A DNA stretch of 64,000 bases, taken from contig JAAZKG010000098.1 in NCBI GenBank assembly GCA_012799935.1, positions 191 through 64,190 on the forward strand. Reading direction: 5' to 3'. The stretch's first letter is position 1. Every line of letters starts with the position of its first letter. The DNA is from Erysipelotrichia bacterium (GTDB lineage Bacteria > Bacillota_I > Bacilli_A > Erysipelotrichales > Erysipelotrichaceae). The notes under the pieces are model-generated. The model had not been told where the DNA came from. It ran no database searches and worked only from the letters and a program-made list of their open reading frames with translations. The position numbers were made by a program, and so were the translations under genes. Below are positions 45,645-56,037 of the stretch, piece after piece.

Positions 45645-45673
45645 TTGCAAAAAATAAGTAAAACATATAGAAT
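45645..45673 (+). promoter_or_regulatory. Sigma-A promoter of the pheST leader
   Basis: TTGCAA (45645-45650), a 17-nt spacer, and TAGAAT (45668-45673). Confidence 0.5.
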
Positions 45674-45679
45674 AATTAC

Positions 45680-45879
45680 AGCACGAAGAAAAGGAACATA
45701 GTACCTCTGCTTTGTATAAAAGAGAAGAAAACAATTGGTGAAAGTTTTCTGATACAAATGGTATGAATTCACCTTGGAGTGGGGCTAATCACCTCCGTAT
45801 AACTGCGTTAAAGTTTATTAAGAAGTAACTAAGGTGGTACCACGTGAAATTTCAACGTCCTTAAATAGGACGTTTTTTA
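45680..45879 (+). promoter_or_regulatory. T-box leader of pheS-pheT (Phe specifier UUC)
   Basis: AGAGA box (45720-45724). Specifier TTC at 45768-45770 followed by A. T-box AACTAAGGTGGTACCACG (45827-45844). Perfect 8-bp terminator 45854-45874 plus a T-run. Confidence 0.9.
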
Positions 45880-45896
45880 TTTGAAGGGAGTTTAAT

Positions 45897-46934
45897 ATGA
45901 CACAAAAATGGGAAGAACTAAAAAAAGAAATTGTTGCAAAAATAGAGTCAGCAAATGACTTAAATTCTATTGAAAACATTAGAATTGAACTTTTAGGAAA
46001 AAAGGGTCTAATTAATGGTTTAATGGCTCAGATGAAAGATGTACCAAAACAAGAAAAGAAAGATTATGGTATGGCAGTTAATAGTTTAAAACAATTAACA
46101 GAATCTTTAATTGCAAAAAAGACAACAGATTTAAAAGAAAAAGAAATGCTAAAGCAACTTCATGAAGATAAAATTGATATTACATTACCAGCTAACAGAG
46201 GTAAATATGGAACATTGCATCCATTAACGGTGGTTCAACAAGAAATCGAAGATATTTTTATTGGAATGGGCTATGCTGTAGTAGAGGGCCCAGAAGTTGA
46301 ACTTGATTTATACAACTTTGAAAAAGCTAATATTCCACCTGATCATCCTTCTAGAGATATGCAAGATACTTTCTATGTCGATGTTCATAGATTGCTAAGA
46401 ACTCAAACAACAGCGATACAAATGCGTGTTTTAGAGGATGAACATGATATGTTACCTATTAAAGTTGTTTGTCCAGGCAAAGTATATCGTAAAGATGATG
46501 ATGATGCTACACATTCACATCAATTTGTTCAAGTTGAAGGATTAGTAGTTGGTGAAAATATTACAGTAGGAGATTTAAAAGGTTCTTTAGAATTATTAGC
46601 AAGAAGTATGTTTGGTAGTGGACGTGAAATAAGATTAAGACAATCATATTTCCCATTTACTGAACCATCAATTGAAATTGATGTTAGTTGTCATATTTGT
46701 GGTGGAAGTGGTTGTCCAACTTGCAAAAATACTGGTTGGATTGAAATTTTAGGTGCTGGCATGGTCCATCCTAGAGTATTAGAGATGGCAGGTATAAATT
46801 CAGAAAAATATACTGGTTTTGCCTTTGGTGTAGGAGTGGAAAGAGTGGCAATGCTTAAATATGGAGTAGATGATATTAGACATTTCTACGCTAATAATAT
46901 TAAATTTTTAGATACTTATAAAAGATTTGAATAG
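45897..46934 (+). CDS. pheS: Phenylalanine--tRNA ligase alpha subunit
   Basis: 345 aa with the class II core (HPSRDMQDTFY, FRKDDDDATHSHQFHQ-type block, FGVGVERVAMLKYG). Confidence 0.96.
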   Translation: MTQKWEELKKEIVAKIESANDLNSIENIRIELLGKKGLINGLMAQMKDVPKQEKKDYGMAVNSLKQLTESLIAKKTTDLKEKEMLKQLHEDKIDITLPANRGKYGTLHPLTVVQQEIEDIFIGMGYAVVEGPEVELDLYNFEKANIPPDHPSRDMQDTFYVDVHRLLRTQTTAIQMRVLEDEHDMLPIKVVCPGKVYRKDDDDATHSHQFVQVEGLVVGENITVGDLKGSLELLARSMFGSGREIRLRQSYFPFTEPSIEIDVSCHICGGSGCPTCKNTGWIEILGAGMVHPRVLEMAGINSEKYTGFAFGVGVERVAMLKYGVDDIRHFYANNIKFLDTYKRFE

Positions 46935-46946
46935 GAGGGCTTAAAA

Positions 46947-49340
46947 ATGAAAATTACATATAATTGGTTAAAACAATATATTGATTTAAGTGATATTTCA
47001 AAACAAGAATTAGCTGATGTTTTAACGAAAGCTGGACATGAAGTTGAAAGTTTTGAAGATCAAGCTTATGGTACAAATTTGGTAATTGGTCATGTTTTAA
47101 GTTGCCAGAAACATCCTAATGCTGATAATTTGCACATTTGTCAAGTAGATGTTGGAACAGATACTAGACAAATTATTTGTGGTGCTCCTAATGTGGCAGA
47201 AGGACAAAAGGTAATTGTTGCTTTACCAGGATGCAAATTAGTAAGTGGAGAAATTAAGCCGTCAATAGTAAGAGGAGAAATTTCCAATGGTATGATTTGT
47301 TCTTTAAGTGAATTAAATGTTGATAAAAAATTATTGACAGAACAGCAATTAGCAGGCATTGAAGTTTTAGCTGATGATGCAGAAGTAGGAAATAGTAATG
47401 TATTAAAATATTTAGGTTTAGATGACACGATTTATGAAATTTCATTAACGCCAAATAGAGCAGATTGTTTAAGCATCTGGGCCTTGGCTAAAGATATTGG
47501 GGCAGTTTTAAATAAAGAAGTTAATTTACCAAATTATAGTTATAAAGTAAAAAAATCTAAAACAGATTTAATTATTCATTCTGAAACAGAAAAAGCTCCA
47601 TATTTTATTGGTACAATTATTAATAATTTAACAATTAAAGAATCACCAAAATGGTTAAAAAATGCCTTGATTGCTGTAGGGATAAAAGCAATTAATAATG
47701 TTGTAGATATTTCTAACTATGTTATGTTAGAAACTGGTCAACCATTGCATTTTTATGATTTAGCTAAAATACCAGCTAAAGAAATAACGGTAAAAATGGG
47801 ACTAGATGAAATTTATACTGCTTTAGATGGACAACAATATCATGTGTTAGAAGATGATTTAATGATTACTACCGAAAATCGAGCAATTGGATATGCTGGA
47901 ATTATGGGCGGGGAGGATAGTAAAATTGATGAGAGTACCAAAGGTATTATTATTGAAGCTGCTCATTTTAATATGGTAAATGTTAGAAACACTTCAAGAA
48001 GACTTGGCTTATTTACTGAAGCAGCAACTAGATTTTCCAAGGGAATTGACCCATTAGCAGCACAGATTGCTACTGAAAGAAGTATTCAATTACTAATTGA
48101 ACTTGCTGAAGCTGAAAATATTGAAGAAACAGTTATTTTTGGTGATACTGGTTATAAACCTACCATCATTGAGGCCTCAGTTACAAAGATTAATAGTTTA
48201 TTGGGCACTCATTTTGAATATATTGATATGTTCAATGTTTTTAAAGCGTTGGATTTTAAACCCGAAAAGAAAGATGAAGATAAGATTATTACTTACATTC
48301 CTTCATATCGTACAGATATTGAATTATGGCAAGATTTATCAGAAGAGGTAATTCGTATTCTAGGTTATGAAAACATCGTTTCAACACTACCAAAAATGCC
48401 TACAACTCAAGCTAAATACGCTGAAAACGGTAAAAGCAGAAGAATAATTAATGCCATGTTAAATGGTTATGGTTTTAATGAGGTAGTCACTTACTCACTG
48501 GTATCACAAGCAAATATAGATGCTGGTATTCTTTCAATTGGTACACCGGTTAGAATTTCAAATGCTATGGGTGAGGATAGAAGATTCTATCGCACATCTT
48601 TACTTCCTTCACTGCTTGATTGTGTCAGCTACAATATAGCAAGAGACAACTATGAATATGCCTTATTTGAAACAGCTAATGTTTACAGTGATGAAGGAAA
48701 AGAAAGACTCCATTTATCACTGGCAATTTCAGAAAAAACAACCTATTCAAAATGGCAAAATGTTTATGGAAATAATGATTTTTATTCAGTAAAAGGAATT
48801 ATCTTAAACATCTTAGAAAAGCTAGGTTATGAAAAGAAAAGAATATTCTTTAAGCCGCTATCAAACGGGAAAAAATTATTACATCCTAATAAAGCTGCTG
48901 ATATTTATTTAGGCAAAAATTTAATAGGATATATGGGACATATACATCCATTGGCTAAAAATAACTATGCTATTAATGAATCAGTAATTGCTGAAATAAA
49001 TTTAGATGCTGTATTTGCTGAAAAACCTTCAAAAATTAAATTTGAAAAAATTGCTAGATATCCAGCAGTAAATTATGATTTGGCATTAGTTGTTGAAGAA
49101 AAAGTTACTGCTGAACAAATTATATCGACAATAAAAAAAGCTGGAGGAAGTTTATTAGATTTAATAGAAATATTTGATGTATATAGAGGTAAAGGTATTG
49201 AAAAAGGATATAAGAGTGTAGCAGTAAGTATTAGCTATCGTAGTAGTGATAAAACACTATCTGAAAATGATATTATACCTATACACAAACAGGTATTAGA
49301 ACAATTATCAGATAAACTTGATGCTGTATTAAGAGATTAA
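46947..49340 (+). CDS. pheT: Phenylalanine--tRNA ligase beta subunit
   Basis: 797 aa with the N-terminal tRNA-binding (OB) domain (HPNADNLHICQVDVG), B3/4 and B5 domains, and a C-terminal FDX-ACB domain. Confidence 0.96.
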   Translation: MKITYNWLKQYIDLSDISKQELADVLTKAGHEVESFEDQAYGTNLVIGHVLSCQKHPNADNLHICQVDVGTDTRQIICGAPNVAEGQKVIVALPGCKLVSGEIKPSIVRGEISNGMICSLSELNVDKKLLTEQQLAGIEVLADDAEVGNSNVLKYLGLDDTIYEISLTPNRADCLSIWALAKDIGAVLNKEVNLPNYSYKVKKSKTDLIIHSETEKAPYFIGTIINNLTIKESPKWLKNALIAVGIKAINNVVDISNYVMLETGQPLHFYDLAKIPAKEITVKMGLDEIYTALDGQQYHVLEDDLMITTENRAIGYAGIMGGEDSKIDESTKGIIIEAAHFNMVNVRNTSRRLGLFTEAATRFSKGIDPLAAQIATERSIQLLIELAEAENIEETVIFGDTGYKPTIIEASVTKINSLLGTHFEYIDMFNVFKALDFKPEKKDEDKIITYIPSYRTDIELWQDLSEEVIRILGYENIVSTLPKMPTTQAKYAENGKSRRIINAMLNGYGFNEVVTYSLVSQANIDAGILSIGTPVRISNAMGEDRRFYRTSLLPSLLDCVSYNIARDNYEYALFETANVYSDEGKERLHLSLAISEKTTYSKWQNVYGNNDFYSVKGIILNILEKLGYEKKRIFFKPLSNGKKLLHPNKAADIYLGKNLIGYMGHIHPLAKNNYAINESVIAEINLDAVFAEKPSKIKFEKIARYPAVNYDLALVVEEKVTAEQIISTIKKAGGSLLDLIEIFDVYRGKGIEKGYKSVAVSISYRSSDKTLSENDIIPIHKQVLEQLSDKLDAVLRD

Positions 49341-49342
49341 GG

Positions 49343-49371
49343 ATAGATAGGGATAAATGCATATCTATTTT
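49343..49371 (+). terminator. Possible terminator after pheT
   Basis: ATAGATA...TATCTAT 7-bp stem followed by TTTT. Confidence 0.4.
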
Positions 49372-49479
49372 AAAGCACTTTTAAATATATCAACAAAGCT
49401 TAATAATTAAAGATTTAGGGTAGTGCTACAATGATTTATGTTTATTAATTAATAAAAAAGTAAGGAGATTTAAAAGATT

Positions 49480-50211
49480 ATGGGACGTGCTTTTCAGGTT
49501 AGAGCAGCAAGTATGGCTGCTACAGCTGCTAAAAAGACAAAAATTTATTCAAGATTTGGAAAAGAGATTTATATGGCTGCAAAAAGTGGTATCCCTGATC
49601 CAGAAATGAATCTAAATTTAAAAAGAGTCATAGAAAAAGCGAAAGCTGCTCAAGTTCCTAATGATGTTATTAAAAGAAATATTGATAAAGCCAAAGGTAA
49701 TACAAATGAAGCTTATATTGAAAACAGATATGAAGGTTTTGGACCAAGTGGTTCAACAATTATTATCGATACATTAACTGATAACTCAAACAGAGCTTTA
49801 TCAGAGATTAGAACTTGCTTTAATAGAGCAAAAATGAATTTAGGAAAAACTGGTTCGGTTTCTTACCTGTATGATAATGTAGGTATTTTATCATTTGTTG
49901 GTGATGAAGAAGAATTATTAGACATTCTTATGATGGCTGAAGTTGATGTTATAGATCTTGAAGCAGATGAGGATGGTTATGTTACAGTTTATGTTAGCCC
50001 AACAGATTTGTTTAAAAGTAAAGATGCAATTGAAGAAGCCAAAGGAGAAACAGATTTTCTTATTTTAGAAAATAGAATGTTACCACAAGAAAAAGTTACC
50101 TTAATAGATGAGGATGAGATAACTAATTTTAAAAGAGTACTAACTCTATTAGATGAGGTTGATGATGTTCAAAATGTCTATCACAATGTTGAAAACATTG
50201 AAGAAAACTAA
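49480..50211 (+). CDS. yebC: YebC/PmpR family DNA-binding regulator
   Basis: MGRAFQVRAASMAATAAKKTKIYSRFGKEI is the characteristic N-terminus. 243 aa. Confidence 0.9.
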   Translation: MGRAFQVRAASMAATAAKKTKIYSRFGKEIYMAAKSGIPDPEMNLNLKRVIEKAKAAQVPNDVIKRNIDKAKGNTNEAYIENRYEGFGPSGSTIIIDTLTDNSNRALSEIRTCFNRAKMNLGKTGSVSYLYDNVGILSFVGDEEELLDILMMAEVDVIDLEADEDGYVTVYVSPTDLFKSKDAIEEAKGETDFLILENRMLPQEKVTLIDEDEITNFKRVLTLLDEVDDVQNVYHNVENIEEN

Positions 50212-50294
50212 GTGAACCCTCAAATTCATTAGAAATGTTTTTCTTTTAATATTTTTAGTGGTTTCGCATTAAAACTGAATAATAAAGGTTTAAC

Positions 50295-50323
50295 TTGAAA
50301 TATACATTTTATTCTTATAAAAT
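50295..50323 (+). promoter_or_regulatory. Sigma-A promoter upstream of gpsB
   Basis: TTGAAA (50295-50300), a 17-nt spacer, and TAAAAT (50318-50323). Confidence 0.5.
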
Positions 50324-50343
50324 TGATTTAAGGATGTGAACAT

Positions 50344-50682
50344 ATGGAAAAGAATATTATTTTAGATATTGATACTATTTTAAACAAAGAGTTCAGCATT
50401 GATTTTAAAGGTTATTCTCCTATTGAAGTTGACACTTTTTTAGATGCAGTTGTTAGAGATTATGATGGTTTTCAACAATTAATTATTGAGTTAAAAAATC
50501 AAATAGCTTTTTTACAAAATGCTAATGATGGTTTAAAAGAAAGAATCGTTGATTTAGAAACGAAAATATCTCAATCAGAAGAAAATAATGCCAATCAATC
50601 GCCAGTTGTCAGCAATTTATCACAAGTTGATATTTTAAGAAGAATAGCTAGATTAGAACAAGAAGTATTTAATCGTAAATAA
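50344..50682 (+). CDS. gpsB: Cell-cycle protein GpsB (DivIVA-domain paralogue)
   Basis: ILNKEFSIDFKGYSPIEVDTFLDAVVRDYD (DivIVA/GpsB N-domain), a coiled coil and a short C-terminal domain. 112 aa, next to rnpB as in B. subtilis. Confidence 0.85.
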   Translation: MEKNIILDIDTILNKEFSIDFKGYSPIEVDTFLDAVVRDYDGFQQLIIELKNQIAFLQNANDGLKERIVDLETKISQSEENNANQSPVVSNLSQVDILRRIARLEQEVFNRK

Positions 50683-51020
50683 CTAACGAGCAATCGCTGC
50701 CATTACGGTAGAGGAAAGTCCATGCTCACACTTTCTGAGATGAAAGTAGTGTTTATGCTGGTTTAATAAATAAGGCCAGGGGAAAGACGGCAGTAACTAA
50801 TCCTAAGTTTGTAAAATATGGATGAGGACTCTAAGGTGCAACAGTGACGAAGTTTTATGGAAACATAAAAGTGGAACGATGTAAACCCCATAAGTGAGAA
50901 ACCCAAAATTTGGTAGGGGAGCCCAACGCTTGATTAAATGAAGTCAACAGGGAGGCATTTGCCTAGATAAATGATTGCTACCTGTAAACAGGGACAGAAC
51001 ATGGCTTATAGTTAGTTGAT
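50681..51020 (+). ncRNA. rnpB: RNase P RNA, bacterial type B
   Basis: Conserved GAGGAAAGTCCATGCTC (CR-I), AGATAAATGATTGC and ACAGAACATGGCTTA (CR-V). P1 pairing runs between AACTAAC (50681-50687) and GTTAGTT (51011-51017). Ends are approximate. Confidence 0.92.
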
Positions 51021-51023
51021 ATA

Positions 51024-51051
51024 AATAGCGTTTTTACGCTATTTTCTTTTT
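51024..51051 (+). terminator. Rho-independent terminator after rnpB
   Basis: AATAGCG-ttttta-CGCTATT followed by TTCTTTT. Confidence 0.65.
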
Positions 51052-51120
51052 CTTGAACTAAATTCAAGTGTGTTGTAAAATATAAATGTGATATAATTTC
51101 ATTAAGGAGAATTACATCTT

Positions 51121-51714
51121 ATGAATTTACCAAATAGAATTTCAGTATTTAGATTAGTATTGATTCCAATTATAGTTTTAGTATGGTATTTTCCATATGC
51201 TCAATTTGGAATCGAATTACCTGTATATTATATTGGTACTGTATCAATATCTTTAAAAAACTTGATTACTTTAGGAATTTTTGTTTTAGGAGCTCTTTCA
51301 GATTTAATAGATGGAATTATTGCTAGAAGTACCAATCAGATTACAACTTTTGGGAAATTTATCGACCCAATTGCTGATAAATGTTTAACAACAACACTAT
51401 TTATTATTTTTGCTGCTAGCAATATTATTAATGCTATTCCAGTACTAATTATGGTCTGGCGAGATACAATTGTTGATGGTATTAGATTAATAGCCGCATC
51501 TAAAAATTACATTATGGCAGCAGGTTCATTAGGCAAGATTAAAACTGTTTCTCAAATGTTTTGCATTATTTTAATTTTACTTAATAATTTACCATTTGAA
51601 CTGATAAGCTTACCAGTTGCAGATATATTGTTGTGGTTTTCAACAATTATTTCAGTTTTAGGCGGTATTGATTACTTTAATCAAGCAAAGGGCATTATAT
51701 TTGAAAGTAAGTAA
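51121..51714 (+). CDS. pgsA: CDP-diacylglycerol--glycerol-3-phosphate 3-phosphatidyltransferase
   Basis: CDP-alcohol phosphatidyltransferase motif DLIDGIIAR...GKFIDPIADK. Multi-TM, 197 aa. pgsA-recA synteny. Confidence 0.9.
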   Translation: MNLPNRISVFRLVLIPIIVLVWYFPYAQFGIELPVYYIGTVSISLKNLITLGIFVLGALSDLIDGIIARSTNQITTFGKFIDPIADKCLTTTLFIIFAASNIINAIPVLIMVWRDTIVDGIRLIAASKNYIMAAGSLGKIKTVSQMFCIILILLNNLPFELISLPVADILLWFSTIISVLGGIDYFNQAKGIIFESK

Positions 51715-51762
51715 TTAGGATTATTTTTATAGATAGATAATTATTGATTAGGAGGATTTTTT

Positions 51763-52761
51763 ATGGCTGAAAAGAAAGAAAATGAAGTTTTAGCACAAAC
51801 CATTAAAGAAATAGAGAAAACTTATGGAAAAGGATCAATTATGAGACTTGGAGATAGTGTTAAAGTAGAAGAAGATGCTATAAGTTCAGGTTCACTTTTA
51901 ATTGACCAAGCCCTAGGAATTGGTGGCTATCCTAGAGGTAGAATTGTTGAAATATATGGTCCAGAATCAAGTGGTAAAACTACTTTGGCTCTTCATGCAA
52001 TAGCGGAAGTTCAAAAGACAGGAGGAAGAGCTGCCTTTATTGATGCTGAAAATGCAATTGATCCAATGTATGCCAAAAACTTAGGAGTTCAAATTGATGA
52101 ATTGATTTTATCTCAACCTGATTCTGGTGAACAGGCTTTAGAAATTGCCGAATTATTGATTAAATCAGGGGCAATTGATTTAGTTGTCATTGATTCAGTT
52201 GCCGCATTGGTTCCACAAGCTGAACTTGATGGAATCATGTCAGATGCCAATATGGGATTACAAGCTAGATTAATGTCAAAAGCAATGAGAAAATTATCAG
52301 GAGTTATGAATAAAAGTAAATGTACTGTTATTTTCATCAACCAATTAAGAGAAAAAATTGGCATAGTTTATGGAAATCCAGAAACAACTACTGGTGGAAG
52401 AGCTTTAAAATTCTATGCTTCTATTAGAGTAGACGTTAGAAAAGGTGAAGCGATTAAACAAGGCTCAGACATCATCGGTAATAAAGTTAATGTTAAAATT
52501 GTAAAAAATAAAGTCGCTCCTCCGTTTAAGTCAGCTCAAGTTGAAATTAGATATGGAGAAGGTTTGTCACGTATATCCGAAGTAATTGATTTAGGTGTTG
52601 AATATGACTTAATAAATAAGTCAGGTTCTTGGTTTTCATACAATGGAGAAAAGATTGGCCAAGGAAAAGAAAATGTTAGATTATTTTTAAATGCTAATCC
52701 GGAAATATACGAAGAAATTAATGAAAAATTGCATGAAATTTTACATTCAGCTAAAGAATAA
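51763..52761 (+). CDS. recA: Recombinase RecA
   Basis: GPESSGKTT (Walker A), the VIDSVAAL block and [10 protein letters not shown]. Confidence 0.98.
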   Translation: MAEKKENEVLAQTIKEIEKTYGKGSIMRLGDSVKVEEDAISSGSLLIDQALGIGGYPRGRIVEIYGPESSGKTTLALHAIAEVQKTGGRAAFIDAENAIDPMYAKNLGVQIDELILSQPDSGEQALEIAELLIKSGAIDLVVIDSVAALVPQAELDGIMSDANMGLQARLMSKAMRKLSGVMNKSKCTVIFINQLREKIGIVYGNPETTTGGRALKFYASIRVDVRKGEAIKQGSDIIGNKVNVKIVKNKVAPPFKSAQVEIRYGEGLSRISEVIDLGVEYDLINKSGSWFSYNGEKIGQGKENVRLFLNANPEIYEEINEKLHEILHSAKE

Positions 52762-52790
52762 AGTTTAAATAAAATAAAATATATGTTATA

Positions 52791-52827
52791 AAAATGAGAG
52801 AAATTTAGTCCTCTCATTTTATTTTAT
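52791..52827 (+). terminator. Rho-independent terminator after recA
   Basis: AAAATGAGAG...CTCTCATTTT followed by ATTTTAT. Confidence 0.75.
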
Positions 52828-52942
52828 GTATATCTTAAAAGTTAATTCATTTAAAAACAAAAGATTTAAATCAGTAATTTCTTTTTAATATTCAATGTTA
52901 TATAATATTACTCAAGATATAAATGCTTTGAGAGGTAACTTT

Positions 52943-53851
52943 ATGTTGGCAATTATTGATATAGGTTCTAACACGATTAGAATGAATGTTTACATTAAAA
53001 AAGATGGTCTTTTTGAACAAGCTTTCAACTCTAGAGAAATGGCTGGTTTAATTGGACATGTTGAAAATGGAGTGTTGACAGAAAGTGGTATATTAAAACT
53101 TTTAGATGTATTAAGAAGGTTCGATTTAATTTTAAAAAGATTGAATATTACTGAGGTATATCCATTTGCTACAGCTTCTTTAAGAAATATTAAAAATAGT
53201 AAGGAAATTGTTCAAAGAGTAAAAGATACTATAGGCTTAGACATTCATTTAATTTCAGGAAACGAGGAAGGTGAGTTGGGCTATATCGGTGCTACTTCAA
53301 TCATAAAAAGAGATAATGGACTATTGGTTGATATAGGTGGTGGTTCATGTGAACTGGTTCCATTCAATAATAATGTAATGGAAAATTCAACCTCACTTCC
53401 AATGGGTTCTTTAAATTTTTATCGTAATTATGTCAGTGGGTTTTTACCAAATAAATCTGAAATAAAAGATATCAACAAAAATGCTAGACAGCTTTTAGAA
53501 TTATATGATCGCCAACCAAAAAGGATTCAGACGATTATAGGTGTTGGCGGAAGTATTAGGGCATTATTAAAGTTAAAAAACACAATTTTTACTGAAGAAA
53601 ATAATGTAGATATTATTACATTTGAACAATTAAAAGATATTGTAAATAGAATGAAAACTCCACATGAAATTCAAGATACCATATTGAAAGTAATCCCTAA
53701 TAGAATTCATACTATTGTGCCAGGAACCTTAATTTTGTTTACAATTATGAGATATTACCGTTCAAATGAAATAGTTGTTTCTTCTGCAGGTGCAAGAGAA
53801 GGTTATTTAATAAATTATGTCATAAACAAAAAGGAGATTGTACATGAATAA
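52943..53851 (+). CDS. ppx: Ppx/GppA-family phosphatase (exopolyphosphatase)
   Basis: MLAIIDIGSNTIRMNVY (ASKHA phosphate-1), DIGGGSCEL and IGVGGSIRAL. Start at ATG 52943 after GAGAGG. The track start at 52895 lies inside a promoter-like AT tract. Confidence 0.85.
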   Translation: MLAIIDIGSNTIRMNVYIKKDGLFEQAFNSREMAGLIGHVENGVLTESGILKLLDVLRRFDLILKRLNITEVYPFATASLRNIKNSKEIVQRVKDTIGLDIHLISGNEEGELGYIGATSIIKRDNGLLVDIGGGSCELVPFNNNVMENSTSLPMGSLNFYRNYVSGFLPNKSEIKDINKNARQLLELYDRQPKRIQTIIGVGGSIRALLKLKNTIFTEENNVDIITFEQLKDIVNRMKTPHEIQDTILKVIPNRIHTIVPGTLILFTIMRYYRSNEIVVSSAGAREGYLINYVINKKEIVHE

Positions 53852-55970
53852 AAAAGAAACCTCAGAAAAAAATATTTTTATAAATCGTGAAATATCTTGG
53901 TTAGAGTTTAATAAAAGGGTTTTGTATCAAGCTCTTGATGAATCAACACCTCTTTTAGAACGATTAGGGTTTTTGTCTATCTATGGAAGTAACCTTGATG
54001 AATTTTTTATGGTTCGGATAGGATCTTTATCTGACCAGATGATTGCTATTCCAGATAAAATCGATGATAAAACCGGTCAAACTGCCCAAGAACAAATTAT
54101 TGAGGTTTGGAAATGGTTAACTAATCATGAAAAAGAAGTAGAAAAAGCAATTAAAAAAGTCCTTAATAAACTACAACTGATAGGTATTAGTATTTTACAA
54201 GTGGATAATTTAGAAAAAGTTGATGAACTATTAACCAGAGATTATTTCAATAAAGATATTAAGCCATTATTATCTGCTCAAATTATTGACCCACATCATC
54301 CATTTCCATTTTTGAAAAATAAGCAATCCTATGTGATGGCTCAACTAGAAGATAAAAATAATAAAATTCGCTATGGTATTGTACATACTGAAAATTTACC
54401 GAAATTTATTAATTATTCTATTAATGAAAAAGAACGCATAGTTATAACAAGTGATTTAATTACTCATCATTTATCAAGTATATTTAAAAAATATACCGTA
54501 AAAGAAGCAATCACATTAAGAGTAACACGTAATGCTGATATTGACATTGCTACTGAAATGATGGATGAACATGAAGATTTCCTAAATATTATGGAAAAAG
54601 TACTGATTAAAAGAAAAAGACTTGGTATTGTTCGTGTTCAATTATCACATTCAATCTCAAGTGAGTTTACTGATTATATTAAAAAAGTTTTAAACCTTCA
54701 AAAAGATGTTATTGTTGTAAATAACTATCCTTTAGATTTAGAATTTGGTTTCGGTTTAAAAAGAGCATTTAAAGAAAAACATCCAAATGATGTTTATCCA
54801 GCTGTATCACCCATAAATTCGATTGATTTTGTAAATCAAAGTGGATTAGATTATTTAAAGAGTAATGATTTGTTATTGCATTACCCATATCAAAGTTCAC
54901 AACCATTTATTCAATTGCTTTATGAAGCAGCTAATAATCCACATGTCGTATCGATTAAAATTACACTATATCGTTTATCTAGTCCATCTCGAATTGCAGC
55001 TGCGCTTGCTTATGCAGCAGAAAAAGGAAAACAAGTAATAGCTGTTATGGAGTTAAGAGCACGTTTTGATGAACAATCCAATATTGATTATTCAAAACTA
55101 TTAGAAGATGCAGGTTGTACTATACATTATGGACTAACAGATTATAAAGTACATTCAAAAGTATGTTTAATTACGATGCGTGAGAAAAACAGAATTAAGT
55201 ATTTCACTTATGTTGGTACAGGTAATTTCAATGAAATTACTCAGGAACAATATACTGATTTAGCTTATGTAACTTCTGATACAATGGTTGGTGAAGATGC
55301 CAATATACTTTTTGATGCCCTTTCTGTTAATGAGCTGGTTGAAGGTAACGATACACTATGGATTGCGCCATTATCCTTTAGAAGCGAAGTAATAAAAGAA
55401 ATAGATAAAGAAATAGAATATCATCAAGCTAATGGCAATGGGAATATTGAAATCAAGTTAAATTCAATGAATGATGTCATGATTATGAAAAAACTAATTG
55501 AAGCATCCCAACAAGGAGTCAAAGTTTTCTTGTTGATTCGTGGTATTTGCTGTTTGTTGCCAAATGTGAAAGGATATACAGATAATATTACGGTAAAATC
55601 AATAGTTGGTCGTCATTTGGAACATAGTCGTATTTTAAAATTTGGCGATGGTGGAAGAGCACGTATTTTTATTGGTTCTGGTGATTTTTTAAATCGCAAT
55701 ACCCAACGTCGTGTAGAAGCATTTATTCAAATTAAACAGCCAGATCTTAAAGTAAGAGTAAATCAAATCCTTTTGGTCGAAAAAGATAAAGAATCAATTG
55801 GTTGGATTATGCAAAATGATGGTTCTTATGTTAATCAAAACAATGAGAAAATGAAACATTCTCAAGATATATTAAGAAAATATTTTTCAATTGAAGAATC
55901 GCGACCTGTTGAGGATCTAATAGAAAGAGAAAATTTATGGCAACGTTTAAAGAAACGATTACTAGGTTAA
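53844..55970 (+). CDS. ppk: Polyphosphate kinase 1
   Basis: FINREISWLEFNKRVL, NLDEFFMVR, two PLD-like HKD-type domains (YKVHSKVCL, RHLEHSRIL). ATG 53844 lies 7 nt after AAGGAG and overlaps ppx (ATGAATAA). Confidence 0.95.
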   Translation: MNKKETSEKNIFINREISWLEFNKRVLYQALDESTPLLERLGFLSIYGSNLDEFFMVRIGSLSDQMIAIPDKIDDKTGQTAQEQIIEVWKWLTNHEKEVEKAIKKVLNKLQLIGISILQVDNLEKVDELLTRDYFNKDIKPLLSAQIIDPHHPFPFLKNKQSYVMAQLEDKNNKIRYGIVHTENLPKFINYSINEKERIVITSDLITHHLSSIFKKYTVKEAITLRVTRNADIDIATEMMDEHEDFLNIMEKVLIKRKRLGIVRVQLSHSISSEFTDYIKKVLNLQKDVIVVNNYPLDLEFGFGLKRAFKEKHPNDVYPAVSPINSIDFVNQSGLDYLKSNDLLLHYPYQSSQPFIQLLYEAANNPHVVSIKITLYRLSSPSRIAAALAYAAEKGKQVIAVMELRARFDEQSNIDYSKLLEDAGCTIHYGLTDYKVHSKVCLITMREKNRIKYFTYVGTGNFNEITQEQYTDLAYVTSDTMVGEDANILFDALSVNELVEGNDTLWIAPLSFRSEVIKEIDKEIEYHQANGNGNIEIKLNSMNDVMIMKKLIEASQQGVKVFLLIRGICCLLPNVKGYTDNITVKSIVGRHLEHSRILKFGDGGRARIFIGSGDFLNRNTQRRVEAFIQIKQPDLKVRVNQILLVEKDKESIGWIMQNDGSYVNQNNEKMKHSQDILRKYFSIEESRPVEDLIERENLWQRLKKRLLG

Positions 55971-56037
55971 TTCTATAAAAAATTTAATTTATAAATAAGA
56001 TACATCATAGAATTTTAAAAAAAGTGAAGACAAAAAA

